NCBI GenBank assembly: GCA_965153355.1
Contig: OZ231126.1
Coordinates: 6,324,001-6,388,000 of the forward strand
DNA length: 64,000 nucleotides
DNA from: Flaccisagitta enflata
Lineage: Eukaryota
Direction: 5' to 3'
Shown: positions 13,201 through 24,951 of the stretch, one piece after another
Position numbering within the stretch: position 1 is the first letter of the stretch
Layout: the number at the start of each line of letters is the position of its first letter
Translations under genes and position numbers: made by a program
Notes under the pieces: generated by a model
Seen by the model: the letters and a program-made list of their open reading frames with translations, nothing else
Database searches by the model: none
What the model was told of the DNA's origin: nothing

Positions 13201-13971
13201 TTTCCCCCCCCCCACAGGGGGGGGGGAATGTAGAACTATATCCAGGCCTGATTCTTTCATTCTATCTATCTTTCTATCTTTCCATCTATCTTTCTATGGT
13301 CCATTCTTTCTATCGTTCATTCTTTCTATCTTTCATTCTTTCTATCTTTCAATCTTTCTTTCTATCTTTCAATCTTTCTTTCTATCTTTCAATCTTTCTT
13401 TCTATCTTTCAATCTTTCTTTCTATCTTTCAATCTTTCTTTCTATCTTTCAATCTTTCTTTCTATCTTTCTATCTTTCAATCTTTCTTTCTATCTTTCAA
13501 TCTTTCTTTCTATCTTTCAATCTTTCTTTCTATCGTTCAATCTTTCAATCTTTCCTTCTATCTTTCAATCTTTCTTTCTATCTTTCAATCTTTCTTTCTA
13601 TCTTTCAATCTTTCTTTCTATCTTTCTTGAGCCTGTGGGGATAAAAAATTTTTTAACTGATTTCCTTCAGTGTTTTCATTTGTCCATCGTGGAGGCTAAA
13701 GCGATGGAATTAAACCTGTGTGGATCCAAAAATGGTTAACATGAATTTTTGCATATGTCTACATCGTGGAAGCGGCGTAATCATGATAACATGTATTAGG
13801 GTTGTTCCAAGGGCTCGTTTTGGAGGGCAAACAACAACAAATGTTCTTGTTTCGGCCCTTGTTTCGGATTGTACAAATGTTTTAGCTAAATGCCGAGTAT
13901 ACTTCCGAAGGTTTTGTTATTTAAATCACGTTGATTTTGCTGATTTATCAGGAACAATTGCGGAAAATAAA

Positions 13972-14028
<57 letters not shown>

Positions 14029-17000
14029 AACTCACTCTCTCAGAAACACTCACACAATCAAACACACACACTCACACAATCAAACACTCACACAAACACA
14101 CACAAACACACACACACACAAACGAGCGTGCAAGCGCGAGCGAGAGAGAGTGGAAACATCGAGCAAGGTTTTCTGTCAGGCGTCTCGAAATTTACCGGTG
14201 TTCTACAGGACATTGGGTCAATTCCATTTTTTAGCTGACGGTCCAATTTTTAGTAGTTTTGATCCAATAATTCACTACCTTTTGGCTTCCCGATGCCTTG
14301 GCTAACTATAATTGCGAACCTAAAGCAAAACTAGTAGGAATACAACTAAATATCTGGATGAGGCACAGAACAAAGCATCATTTTTACTATAAAACTATGC
14401 GTAAACAGGGGATTTTTCATGTAACAAATTTGAAACATTACGATTTTTTACTATATTGAACATAGAAAAAATAGAAATGGGGCAGACGTGATCGTTTTTC
14501 ATCTCAGCATGTACCAAGTGACGAGACTTGAGCAAAAAAAATGGCAAAAAAACGATAAATTTGAAGAAATTGAGGCATGTTTGTAGTAATGGAGGTAATG
14601 CGCGATTTTGTTGAAAAATAGGCAAAAAGTAGTATTTATTTCTAATTCTTAGTTAAATGATAAATAGTAGTATCAGAAGATTTGTCATTGATGATTTCGA
14701 CAATATAGGCCATAATGCGCGCCCAGGTAAGTTTTCATGGAATTCCATTTATTCAATCTTACGTTTTATAGGCGATGTTTTTCCCTCGTATTTGTCACGG
14801 TTTCAAGGTTATCGACGCTGTTTAATGGTCACACGATCGTCCAGCCAATAGAATTCAGATGACACATCTGTGCTAACCCCCAAATTTTTATGAGAACTGC
14901 TTTGTTCTCAAAGACAGCTAGTTTGAGATATCCTTAATCAATCTTGGGGATGTACTTACATTATTCGACTTGGAATGAGAGAAAGAACAGAAAACGTCGT
15001 TAATTGTCACGGTTTCAAGGTTATCGACGCTGCCGCGCGTAATTTGTAATCTTGATGTATTTACAAAAACTTTGATAAAAACTGAAGTTTTGATCCGATT
15101 TCGCTGAAATTTGACATGGACATCCACTAAGGTATAGGCTTTCACGCAAAACGATTTTTAGGCGCTCACTTATTCCAACCAGACCAACCAACCTACCAAC
15201 CTACCGACCAATTTGTAATAGAGGAAAAAAAGTCTTTAAAATGCGATGAATTTTGAACGCCTTGAGCTAGGACCTTCAAATTTGATATTGAGACTCCTCA
15301 GGCCAACAGTTGATACATGGGAGCGACTCAACAGGCTCGATAAACATTTACTGGCCAAAATGGCCTAAAAATGGCCAAAGTTGACCTAAAATTGTAAAAA
15401 AGTTGATTTACTTTAAAAGTTTTTACTTGATATGGTTGAAACTTAGTGTGGATTCTCACTAAGGGAAAATCCAATACATGCATCTAATTTACAACCATTT
15501 GAGCTTTGCAGACTGGCCTAAATGGCCAAAATAATGGCTTAGAATTTTCAAAATGTCATAACACTACGGCAGTTTTTTATCCAATCTGGTTGGAACTTGT
15601 TATGGAGTCTCACAAAGGTAAAATTCGATATATGCTTACAATAATGAAGATTTGGATTTACAGAATGGCCAAACTAAACAGTACGGTGCGCCGCATTAAA
15701 AACAGGACAGTTTGTATAAATTGCATATTATTGCGCAAAAATGGATTATTGAAACCAAATACGGATGAATACATCGCTCATGTATTTGTAGTTGATGGAT
15801 CCGCCTTTGGCCTGGATGGCAAGCGCCATAGAGCGTGGCAACGTGGCAAACAAGTTGGCCAGGGAGTCGACGGTGAGCCGGCACCGAACTGTAAAAGAAA
15901 CTTTTGCATAGGGCACTTAGTAAGGCTGGTTTCTGCTTAACTATTGGCCTGAGACACAAAAAATTCATGACCGTTTGAAAGCCCTACAAAAAATCTTCCA
16001 AATGCGACGTTGCTGGTCATTGTAGTTTATTCGTTTAGAAATGGCATAGGTTTGAAGAAAAAGATCACTGATTTAAAAAGTGCTCATTTCAAAATTTTCC
16101 AACAAGCAATTTACGTCTTTCTGGTTTTGTCAATGATGAAGCTCAGAATTGTCTTTGATACTCTATATCCATGGGCAAATTAATAAGCTTAGATTTTTTT
16201 TTAAAATGGCGCCAAGAACAAATATCTCACTCAATGCGTTTGATTTTTATGTTAAATTAAAGATAACCCCTTAAAATCACGTAGTAAATTTCCAAATTTG
16301 TAACAACCTGTCTTCATCCTAATGCGATTTCTAAACGGTTAAAGTTAGGGCATCCAGAAAGGTCTCATTTGAAAGAGGGCATCCAGAAAGGTCTCATTTG
16401 AAAGATCTTTTGCAGAGCTTCAAAATGTTCATGGATTTTGCTTTGTTTTTCTTATTGCATGGATGTGAAACACTGACAAACAAGTGGTTCGCTTTTTGTT
16501 TTTTGCCATGGTTCGTTTTTTCGCATTCCATTTTTTATAGCTTCTCTTTAGAGCGTTACTGCGTCCAAACAAATCGACCGATTTAAACGCGGTTTGCAGC
16601 TTTGTCTTTCAAAGAGCTTTAAATATCCAAGAAAATGGACTGTCCTGTTTTTTATGCGCCGCACTGTATCTGTCTTGATATGGCCAAAAACTGAAAATCT
16701 GGATAGCCTTCATGAAAGTAAAACATAAGACGTGCAAACGATTTGAGAGTTAAGGCTTTGCAGACTGGCTAGATTTGCCTGAAGCTGTACAAAACTAGTC
16801 CTGAAATGGAAAAAAGGGAGGGAAACAACTAACGCAAACCACCATAATATTTACATTTACATTTACAATTTACATGATGCAAACAGCCAAAGTTGCGAAA
16901 TTGGCCAAAAGAAATGAAATGAAATATGGTAAAACACGTCAATGTCACTGATTGCTGAATAGCATAAATGTAGAATCATTTTTGATAAATATGGGGCAAT

Positions 17001-17451
17001 CATGGGGAGGTCCCAAATGGGTACACTATTTTTGATCGAGAGAAAGCGCGGCAATGATTTGATACTCTCATGGGACTGAATTCAAAACAAATACTCAGCC
17101 ACAGGGCTGCTAAACTCCAGCTCTTCAATATGATGGACAAATATATTCCGGCCATTCACAGACTTTTGCGAGATCTGAATGTCCAGAGGGGGTGATCGAA
17201 CCAACTCTGCATTAAATAAGAGCAATATGGAAACCAATGAAGCAAAAATCGATGAATTCACGCACGAATTATGCGCAGTCGCTCATGGTTAGGTTCCTGC
17301 GACCAATATATTTCATGGGCTCTAATTCCTTTGTGTTGGCACCGCACCCTCGAGTTTTTAATCCTCGGTGAAACAAGTGATGTAGGGTCACAATATCGTT
17401 GCGGAGGGGTGGGTAGAGGCATCCAACCCCCAGCCTCACTCCACCCCCAAA

Positions 17452-17533
<82 letters not shown>

Positions 17534-20500
17534 AACAAACAACTGCAGTATCATAAATGCGCGTTTTCGCTTTCAACTCAAGCGTGATGGTCGGACCAAC
17601 GGATGAACCAACGGCCCAACAGACAGACAGACAAAGCCTCTTTAAGAGTTGCGTGTCCGCAACTAAAAAGCTAGTCGGGAGCTGTACATATCTTTTTAGT
17701 CGCGTGAACGCGACTCTAGAAGCCGCTATGTCGGTCGGTCGGTTGGTCGGTCGGTCCGTCACATTTTTGAAATATAGCTTTTGTCTTCATTTTAAAGGTA
17801 CTTAAGGGTACTTTAGAGTAGTTAAAGGTGCTTTAGGGTACATTAGGGTACTTTAGGGTACTTAAGGGTACTATAGGTATTCAAGGTACTATGGGGTACT
17901 TTAAGTATTTTAGGGTACTTTAGGGTACTTTAGGGTACATTAGGTACTTTAGGGTACTTAAAGGTAATTTAAATACTTTATTCTAATTCATTACCTTATT
18001 ACCTTTATTACCTTTATTACCTATATTACCTTTATTACCACGCGACTAAGGTTTGTTGACCTTGTTTTTTCTGATGGTGCATCACTGGCATCAGTATCTG
18101 CTGGAACGATCCATTTAAACATCGGTTGATTTATCTTAATCTGCATAATTCTGCCAGAGTTATTAGTTCTGGCTGACAAGACGGGTAATAATGTTACTTG
18201 ATAACTTAAATGACCATATTATGACAGCGGTAATGAAAGAATTAGGCCTTTCGATAGACGGAGAACAGTTCCTAGCATTCCGCTCGCTAAGGTTGATTTT
18301 TCCTCATTTGAATACTTCTTTGCAAAATCGGTCCCTCACAAAAAATTGAGGGGCTGCTAAGCAAAGCGAAAGCTGTTTTCCAACCCTAAAAGCATTATAT
18401 TTTTTGATAAGAAAGAGAAATTCATGCAAATCTGACTTTTTAAAATGACCCTTTTGGGGGTCGGACCGTCAGCCTGAATTTGGAATTGACCATTGGCCCT
18501 TTGGAGCCGCTGCACTGCTCTCACTCCACTTCTTTACTGGATCACTTCCAGCAGGGCATTGGGTACCCCCGACCATGTGTGATCCTTGGATGACTAGATT
18601 ATCACCACCCCTTCCCACTCGCATGTGACTTTAGCAGCGGTGTATTCGGCCTTGTCAAAATCAGCCATTTTCCGAGGTGTTAAATAGCTTATTTATTATT
18701 AGATGTTTTGAATGAATGCGCTATCGACCGACGAACCAACGGACAAAGCCTATTATAGAGAAGCAAGAACGCATCTAAAAACGACGAAAAATACCTTAGA
18801 ATGACATAGAATATCCGCAAAAGAGTAAAAAGCATTTGAATTAACTGTGACTGACCTTAATTGACGTTAATTGATATCAATTACAAAATTTACTTAAATG
18901 ACAAAATTAACTAAAATGACTATGACTTGGAATGACTTAGTTTAACATGTCTAAAAGAAGTAAATTTGATTAAATCAAAAGTGTGACAGAGAGATGGAAT
19001 GACAGCCGGACGTACAGAGCAAGGTTTAGTTGCGTTCACGCAACTGAAAACAGCATCTTTAATTCTAGGAAAACATCTACACAGAGGCAAAAAAGTCAGG
19101 ACGCGTTTCTCGCTGCGCCGCCGCTGCGTAAAACAACTGTTTGTAAATGTGTGTGTGTGGTGCGCGTTTTAACTAGTCAGTGAGGGTTCATAAGGCCCTC
19201 TTCCACTTACTTCAGTTACGGTATAGCGAGGGATATTGTTCCACCTATCATATAGAAGTGATGCGCATAGTAACTACTCAGTGAGGGCTCACATGGCCCT
19301 CTTCCATGTCTTTCAGTTTGGGTATAGTGAGGGATATTGTTCCACCTATCATAGAGAACAAGAACATTCTTCACATTCGGCTTACATTCATACAAGGGTA
19401 AATAAACCTCGGCTTACATTCGTACAAGGGTAAAAATCACCCTTGGAACACCCCTAACATGTATGTGGTATGGGACCAGAGGTGCCATTTATGAGTGGCA
19501 TGGTAGCAATACTAAGTGGCAGGCAAATGCGATAGAGCGCCAGATGCAATTGGTCGAATACCATGTCTTTGATTTCGCTTGCACTAGCTTTAAAAGCTTT
19601 GTCGCTGCGTAAATTGGAGATAATCCGCGGCTGCACTTTTGCAGGTGTTAGTATTTTCCTCAAAACTGATGCAGCTATCTTAGTGGATTGAAACCTTATT
19701 AAAATATTGCAGTTTCATGTTTCATTCATCTTCTTTTAACAACAAGAGCATCATCCTAAGCATCAAGTATTGCTTTTTTATTATGACGAGTAAAAGGCCC
19801 GATGACTTAGAAAAAACATTGCAGTAAGCAGGTATGAAAAATCTAACTCTACCATTGTTATTTCAACAGATACGATCCACTTTTGTATTGAGGGTCAAAT
19901 ATAAGAACAGTGATTGCGTCCGCGACGGAAGGGGGTTAAAGATCCTCAATTCTATAAGATCGCCCTGACCAGGAGATTGATAACCCAATAAGTTCGCTAA
20001 AACTACAAAGAACGTGAAAAAGCAACACTAATCGGTGGAATGTTAACTTCGTGCTGTGTAGCTGCATGTGCGCATATGCTCACCCTATGCCGGATCATAT
20101 GCTCACCCTATGCCGGATCAACAAATAGGCTTAAAAAGCTTAGGCTTAGGGCCCCGCGCCTCAGGGGGCCCCGCACCCCCTGTGAAAAAAAAAATTACTA
20201 AGAAAAATATCATAAAGAAATGTAATAAAAAATAAAAAAATCTCAAATACTGAAATTCATTCTCAATTGCTAATAGAGTAAAAAAAGGTGCAAACAAAAA
20301 AAAATAACATTTTCACAATTATCATCTCAAACTTGCAACCAAAAACAAAATATTTATTTTTAAAATGTAATCAAAAAACTAAAAATTCGACAAATTAATC
20401 TGCTTCAAACAAATTTATAAAATTTGTAAAATCTAATTTATGTAGCTCTTATTATTTAGAGTTAATCTTTTTCTTTAGTGAATAAATGAAAATCTTAAAG

Positions 20501-21849
20501 CAAGATTTTTTTTGCTTTCACGGAAAAGCACTACAAATCCCTTACTGAAATCGTTTTTAATGTAATAAATTTAAGATACCCCATTAGTTTTAAAGCAATA
20601 ATTTCAAATCACAATATTTGTAATATATAAAAAAGATTTTTTTTTTACTATTTTTAAAGTTTTCAAATAATCTTTATGCATCAGTCTCTGTTCACACATT
20701 AATTGATAGGGTCTTTTTAACTATAAATTTGATTTAAAATTATGTGTATGCAACAAAAATAAAAAGAATTAAGGGAGCCCCGCGCCCCTAGCTAAGCTTA
20801 GGGCCCCGCGCCATGTTGATCCGGCTCAGCTCTCACCGAGCTACATGGAGGTTGGCGTACGAGAAGCAATCACCTAAATTCAATTTTGATTCATTACTTC
20901 AAATGTGGCCTTCAACTTGGAGGCTCCAAGGGTCTTCATAACTAATGTAACAAAACTTTTAGATACATAGAGAGATTGTAGAAAAGGGGAGAAATCGCTC
21001 TACGGTCCATAACTTATGTACAAATTGTACGGGTAAAGTGCTGAATTTGTTATGCTGCGTGGCAGCTTATCAGAATCGGAACCTCCGTATGGGTCAAAGA
21101 GTTAATTTGGATGTTTGCTCCATAAAAGTTGCCGCCCAACGTTGTGAGGACTAGAGTTTTAACTCCAGCCGGCATCTAGCATGCTCCCGGCTCACTTCCG
21201 GTACACATATGCTACAATTTACCTTTGAGTCCGACTTTGTTGGCGTTAAAAGAAGCCGTGACTTGTTCTACCGATGCGGTGTTCATTGGATTGCATTCTG
21301 AGAACCAAAACTCTTCAAATTCGATCGGCGCCCCCGTGTGCTTGACCACATCTTTGACGTGTTGACACAGTTCCGGCCCGACACCGTCACCTGGCAATAA
21401 CGTCACCTTACGTGGCTGCGGAGCGGCGTTGTTGAGCACTGCGTGTTGGAAGGGCAGGGGGAGGTAATTGAGGTAGGACTAAGAGAAGTGACAGTTTTTT
21501 TTTTGGCCAAAAAGGCGGACATGTAAAGAAAGACAGACTCAAATTTACCAAGCTAAAAATATCATCCCTGTCTAGCGGCTCAAAGGAAAACTATCGGCTA
21601 ATCGCAAGATATGTAATATGGGTATGATAGGTTGATACTTAATAGCAGCACAGGACAGATCGACAGGAGCAGTGAATGATCAGCCATTAACAGTGATAGC
21701 AACGAAAATTTCAGTCACAAACAGATAACACGGGTTCACCATGTAAATAGTATCGAAGTACCTGGCGCAGAATGAAATTGCGACGAGACGATGACGGGAG
21801 CGTTTCGTTTCGGGATCCATTGGAAGACGTTTCTCGTCAGGGCCGCCAT
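10288..21849 (-). CDS. IDH3B: Isocitrate dehydrogenase [NAD] subunit beta, mitochondrial (~369 aa)
   Basis: Coding exons 21849-21762 ([15 protein letters not shown]..., presequence-like), 21438-21223 ([13 protein letters not shown]), 12388-12157 (DLFANVV...[15 protein letters not shown]), 11481-11207 ([10 protein letters not shown]...[12 protein letters not shown]...[13 protein letters not shown]), 10986-10897 ([11 protein letters not shown]...FEPGARH), 10496-10288 (ANPTAM...[10 protein letters not shown]); total 1110 nt, all phases match. [12 protein letters not shown] and KVRTRD match the beta subunit rather than alpha or gamma. Confidence 0.93.
12520..13627. repeat. (TCTTTCTA/TCTTTCAA)n compound satellite interrupted by a ~300-bp MITE (12948-13250)
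   Basis: Pyrimidine-rich tandem array. The insert begins CAGGGGTGTATATTGTTCT and ends AGAACTATATCCAGGCCTG (imperfect TIRs). A partial related copy lies at ~5713-5810. Confidence 0.7.
15684..16666 (-). mobile_element. Internally deleted Tc1/mariner DNA transposon
   Basis: ~28-bp TIRs (CGGTGCGCCGCATTAAAAACAGGACAGT / ACTGTCCTGTTTTTTATGCGCCGCACTG) flanked by TA on both sides. Minus-strand remnant [22 protein letters not shown] resembles a Tc1 transposase C-terminus. Confidence 0.8.
17372..17670 (-). mobile_element. HINE/DINE-1-like element with central (CA)n
   Basis: Same termini as copies at ~6035-6205, 10746-10890, 43646-43790 and 50746-50965 (TTTTTAGTTGCGGACACGCAACT ... CCGCAACGATATTGTGACCC). 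Confidence 0.7.
17693..18070 (+). mobile_element. HINE/DINE-1-like element with central (TTTAGGGTAC)n array
   Basis: TTTTTAGTCGCGTGAACGCGACT, (GTCG)n, tandem array, then CACGCGACT...GACCTTGTTTT; same layout as 3158-5712. Confidence 0.7.
20108..20829. mobile_element. Non-autonomous hAT-like element (copy 1)
   Basis: TIRs CTATGCCGGATCAACA / TGTTGATCCGGCTCAG with GGGCCCCGCGCC subterminal motifs; inverted relative of 22633-24846. Confidence 0.75.
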
Positions 21850-22351
21850 CCTCTGAAAATAAAGGGAACGATAACAACGATTACTCGCAATTGCTGGAAA
21901 CGCTGAAAACTTAAGTCTGATTAACGCAGGCTGGTTGAATATGCATTTAATCTCGTTCAAAATACTGAAAAACAGTAGAAAAAAGCGTGATTTTAGCGTA
22001 AAAAACGTCAAAAGCCAGAGCGACGGAAGCCAGGCCCGAGGTAGGCGTGCCTGCCCAGAGGAAATTGACAGGACGGAGGAGGAGGAGGAACAAAACTCAA
22101 ATGAAGGTGGCAAGGAAGAGCAAGTTGATGAAGAGGAAGGGATGACTGTGTGAAGATGGAAAAGTGAAGAGGAGGAAACGGATGAGGAGGATGAGAGAGA
22201 CCAAGCGGAGGAAGAAAATGAAGAGGAAGAGGGAGTAAAAAAAAGGTGCGAAATCGAGGGAAGAGGAGGAAGACACTATGCAAAAGTAACAGAAAATGGA
22301 GGAGGATGAAGCGAAAAAATAATGCGAGGGGTATCAAATCAAAGGACTTAC

Positions 22352-22470
22352 CCATCTTTGAGAGCGAAGTTTTAAATGAGATGAAGGATTTTTTGCCCTC
22401 GTCCCCGACCCTGCCCTGCTTGCACTTTTAGGAACGCATTGGTCAGCAGAGCCATCAGTTATTGGTCAGG
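22352..22470 (-). promoter_or_regulatory. Probable IDH3B promoter and first non-coding exon
   Basis: Two CTGACCAAT (CCAAT-box) motifs on the minus strand (ATTGG at 22438-22442 and 22461-22465). A strong donor G|GTAAGT at 22352/22351 can join the acceptor TTTCAG| at 21853/21852, 3 nt before the IDH3B ATG. Confidence 0.5.
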
Positions 22471-22491
22471 GTTAGGGCTTGAACTTTAGCC

Positions 22492-24951
22492 CGGTCACGT
22501 TCGCAATGACAATCCGTGTCTTTTGTTTTTAAGTGTTTTTAAGCGGGTAATGTTTTAGAGTTAGGGGTGGGGTTAGGGTTAGGTTTTAGGGTTAGGGATA
22601 GAGTAGGGATTAGGGTGAGGGTTAGGTGTGGGCTAAGCCGGATCAACAAGGCGCGGGGCCCTAAGCTAGGCTAGGGGCGCGGGGCCCCTTAACCCCCTCC
22701 CCCTCTTTGCCCCCTCTGCTAACCCCCATTTGCCCCACCCCTCCCCGTTTACCCAATAACCAGTTGATTAAAATTTTATCTAGCATGCGCAACTTGTCTG
22801 CCAAAAAATGACATATCTAAAAAAATTAAAACAGATGAAATAACAAAATATGAAATTTCCATTACAGTTAAGCATATCACTGTGAAAAAAAAAAAAATTT
22901 ACTTCTTTCTTTCTTTCTTTCTCTTTTCTCTTTACCTTTTTCTTTTTTTGTCCCCGACGAACAGTTTTCGTCGGTGGACTATGTGATGGACCTGATCGTG
23001 TAGTCTGTCTGTTTGTTTGTCTGTCTGTTTGAAACCCTCTCATATTTTTGGAACTAGACTTCAGAATTTGATGAAACTTTGCTGGTGTTGTTTCTAGGTC
23101 AATAGGAGCTTGTGTACCAATTTTCAAAAAAATTCATTAACTTTTACTACCCTTTGCCTATTATTTTTGTAGTAATATTTAGCTGGGACTTAGGTGGTTT
23201 ACATAGGTAGAGGGTAGTAAAGGTTAATGAATTTTTTTTTAATTTGGTATACAAGTAGAGGGTACTAAATAAACAACCCCCGCAAAATTCGAATTAAATC
23301 TGTAGTTTGGTTTATGAGATATTAGCTTATTTATGTAGTAGTATGTTGCTAGGACTTAGGCAATTTACATAGGCAAAGGGTATTAAAGGTATGTGAATTT
23401 TTTTCTAATTTGGTACACAAGTAGAGGGTAGTAAATAAATAACCCCTGCAGAATTTGAATTAAATCTGAAGTCTGGTTTATGAGATATTAGCTTATTTAT
23501 GTAGTAATATGTTACTATGACTTTGGCAGTTTACATAGGCAAAGGGTAGCAAAGTTATGTGAATTCTTTTTTAATTTGGTATACAAGTAAAGGATATTAA
23601 TTGAACTGCCCCTGCAAAATTCGAATTGAATCTGAAGTCTTGTTTACAAGATATTAGCTTAATAATGTAGTAATATGTTACTAGGACTTAGGCGATTTGT
23701 ATAAAGGATTGGAGTTGATGAATTTTTTTACTTGCTCATTTATTTCATTCTGATTTTTCTTTAGGTTTGCCATCATGGATTTCAAGATTCATCTTCAACT
23801 ACTGTCATCATCTTCAACTACTGTCATCATCTTTTACTTCTGTCATCATCTTCAACTACTGTTAGCATCTTCAACTACTGTTATCATCTTCAACTACTGT
23901 TATCATCTTCAACTACTGTTATCATCTTCAACTACTGTTATCATCTTCAACTACTGTTATCATCTTCAACTACTGTTATCATCTTCAACTACTGTTATCA
24001 TCTTCAACTACTGTTATCATCTTCAACTACTGTTATCATCTTCAACTACTGTTATCATCTTCAATTACTGTTATCATCTTCAACTACTGTTATCATCTTC
24101 AACTACTGTCATCATCTTCAACTACTGTAATCATCTTCAACTACTGTCATACTCTTCAACTGCTGTCATCATCTTCAACAACTGTTATCATCTTCAACCA
24201 CTGTCATCATTTTCAACTACTGTCATCATTTTCAACTACTGTCATCATTTTCAACTACTGTCATCATCTTCAACTACTGTCATCATCTTCATCTACTATC
24301 GTCATCCTCGACTACTGTCATCATCTTCAACTACTTAACTTTTTTGAAAAAAATTTTGAAAATATTTTTCAAAAATTTTTTTTGAATTTTTTTTTTGAAA
24401 ATTTTTTCAAAAATTTTTTTTTTGAATTTTTTTTTGAATTTTTTTGGAAAATTTTTTGAAACGTTTCAAAATTTTGTAAAATTTTTTTTTGAAAATTTTT
24501 TTAAAAATTTTTTTTGAAAATTTTTTTTTTGAAAATTTTTTAAATATTTTTTCTAAGATTTTTGTTGTCATTATCATTCATTGTTATCATCATCATCCAC
24601 TATTGTTATCATTATCAAGTTATGTCATCATTAAAACAATATTGAAAAAATTTTTTTTGAAATTGCTGTCTTGTCGTGTATCTTCAATGCGTTTACATAT
24701 CGAGAAATTGTACCACAGTCACAGTGACTGTAATTTTGAAGCTTTTTCCTTTTTTTTCCAGGGGTGGGTGCTGCAGGTGCGGGGCCCCCCTGAGGCGCGG
24801 GGCCCTAAGCTATAGCTTTTTTAGCCTATTTGTTGATCCGGCATAGGGTGTGGGTTTGGTTTAATATGTTTTAGCTCGAGTAAGCTTGAATTATAGATTT
24901 GTCCTTGTGGGGAAAAACAAGTGCATCGGATTGAATCACCTAACATGACCG
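22492..24951 (+). mobile_element. ~260-bp MITE with degenerate (TTAGGG)n core, split by the hAT element
   Basis: Both halves match the intact copy at 54628-54893; TIRs CGGTCACGTT / AACATGACCG. Confidence 0.8.
22633..24846. mobile_element. Non-autonomous hAT-like element (copy 2) containing ~117-bp and 21-bp tandem arrays
   Basis: TIRs CTAAGCCGGATCAACA / TGTTGATCCGGCATAG and a perfect 8-bp TSD GGTGTGGG (22625-22632, 24847-24854). Internal arrays at ~23200-23700 and (CATCTTCAACTACTGTTATCA-type)n at ~23790-24335. Confidence 0.85.

Noticed and set aside
13082-14305. 120-180 aa ORFs rich in S/F/L or H/T
   Set aside because: Microsatellite translations within the IDH3B intron.
23775-24338. 187-aa repetitive ORF
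   Set aside because: 21-bp tandem array inside a hAT element; no coding signature.
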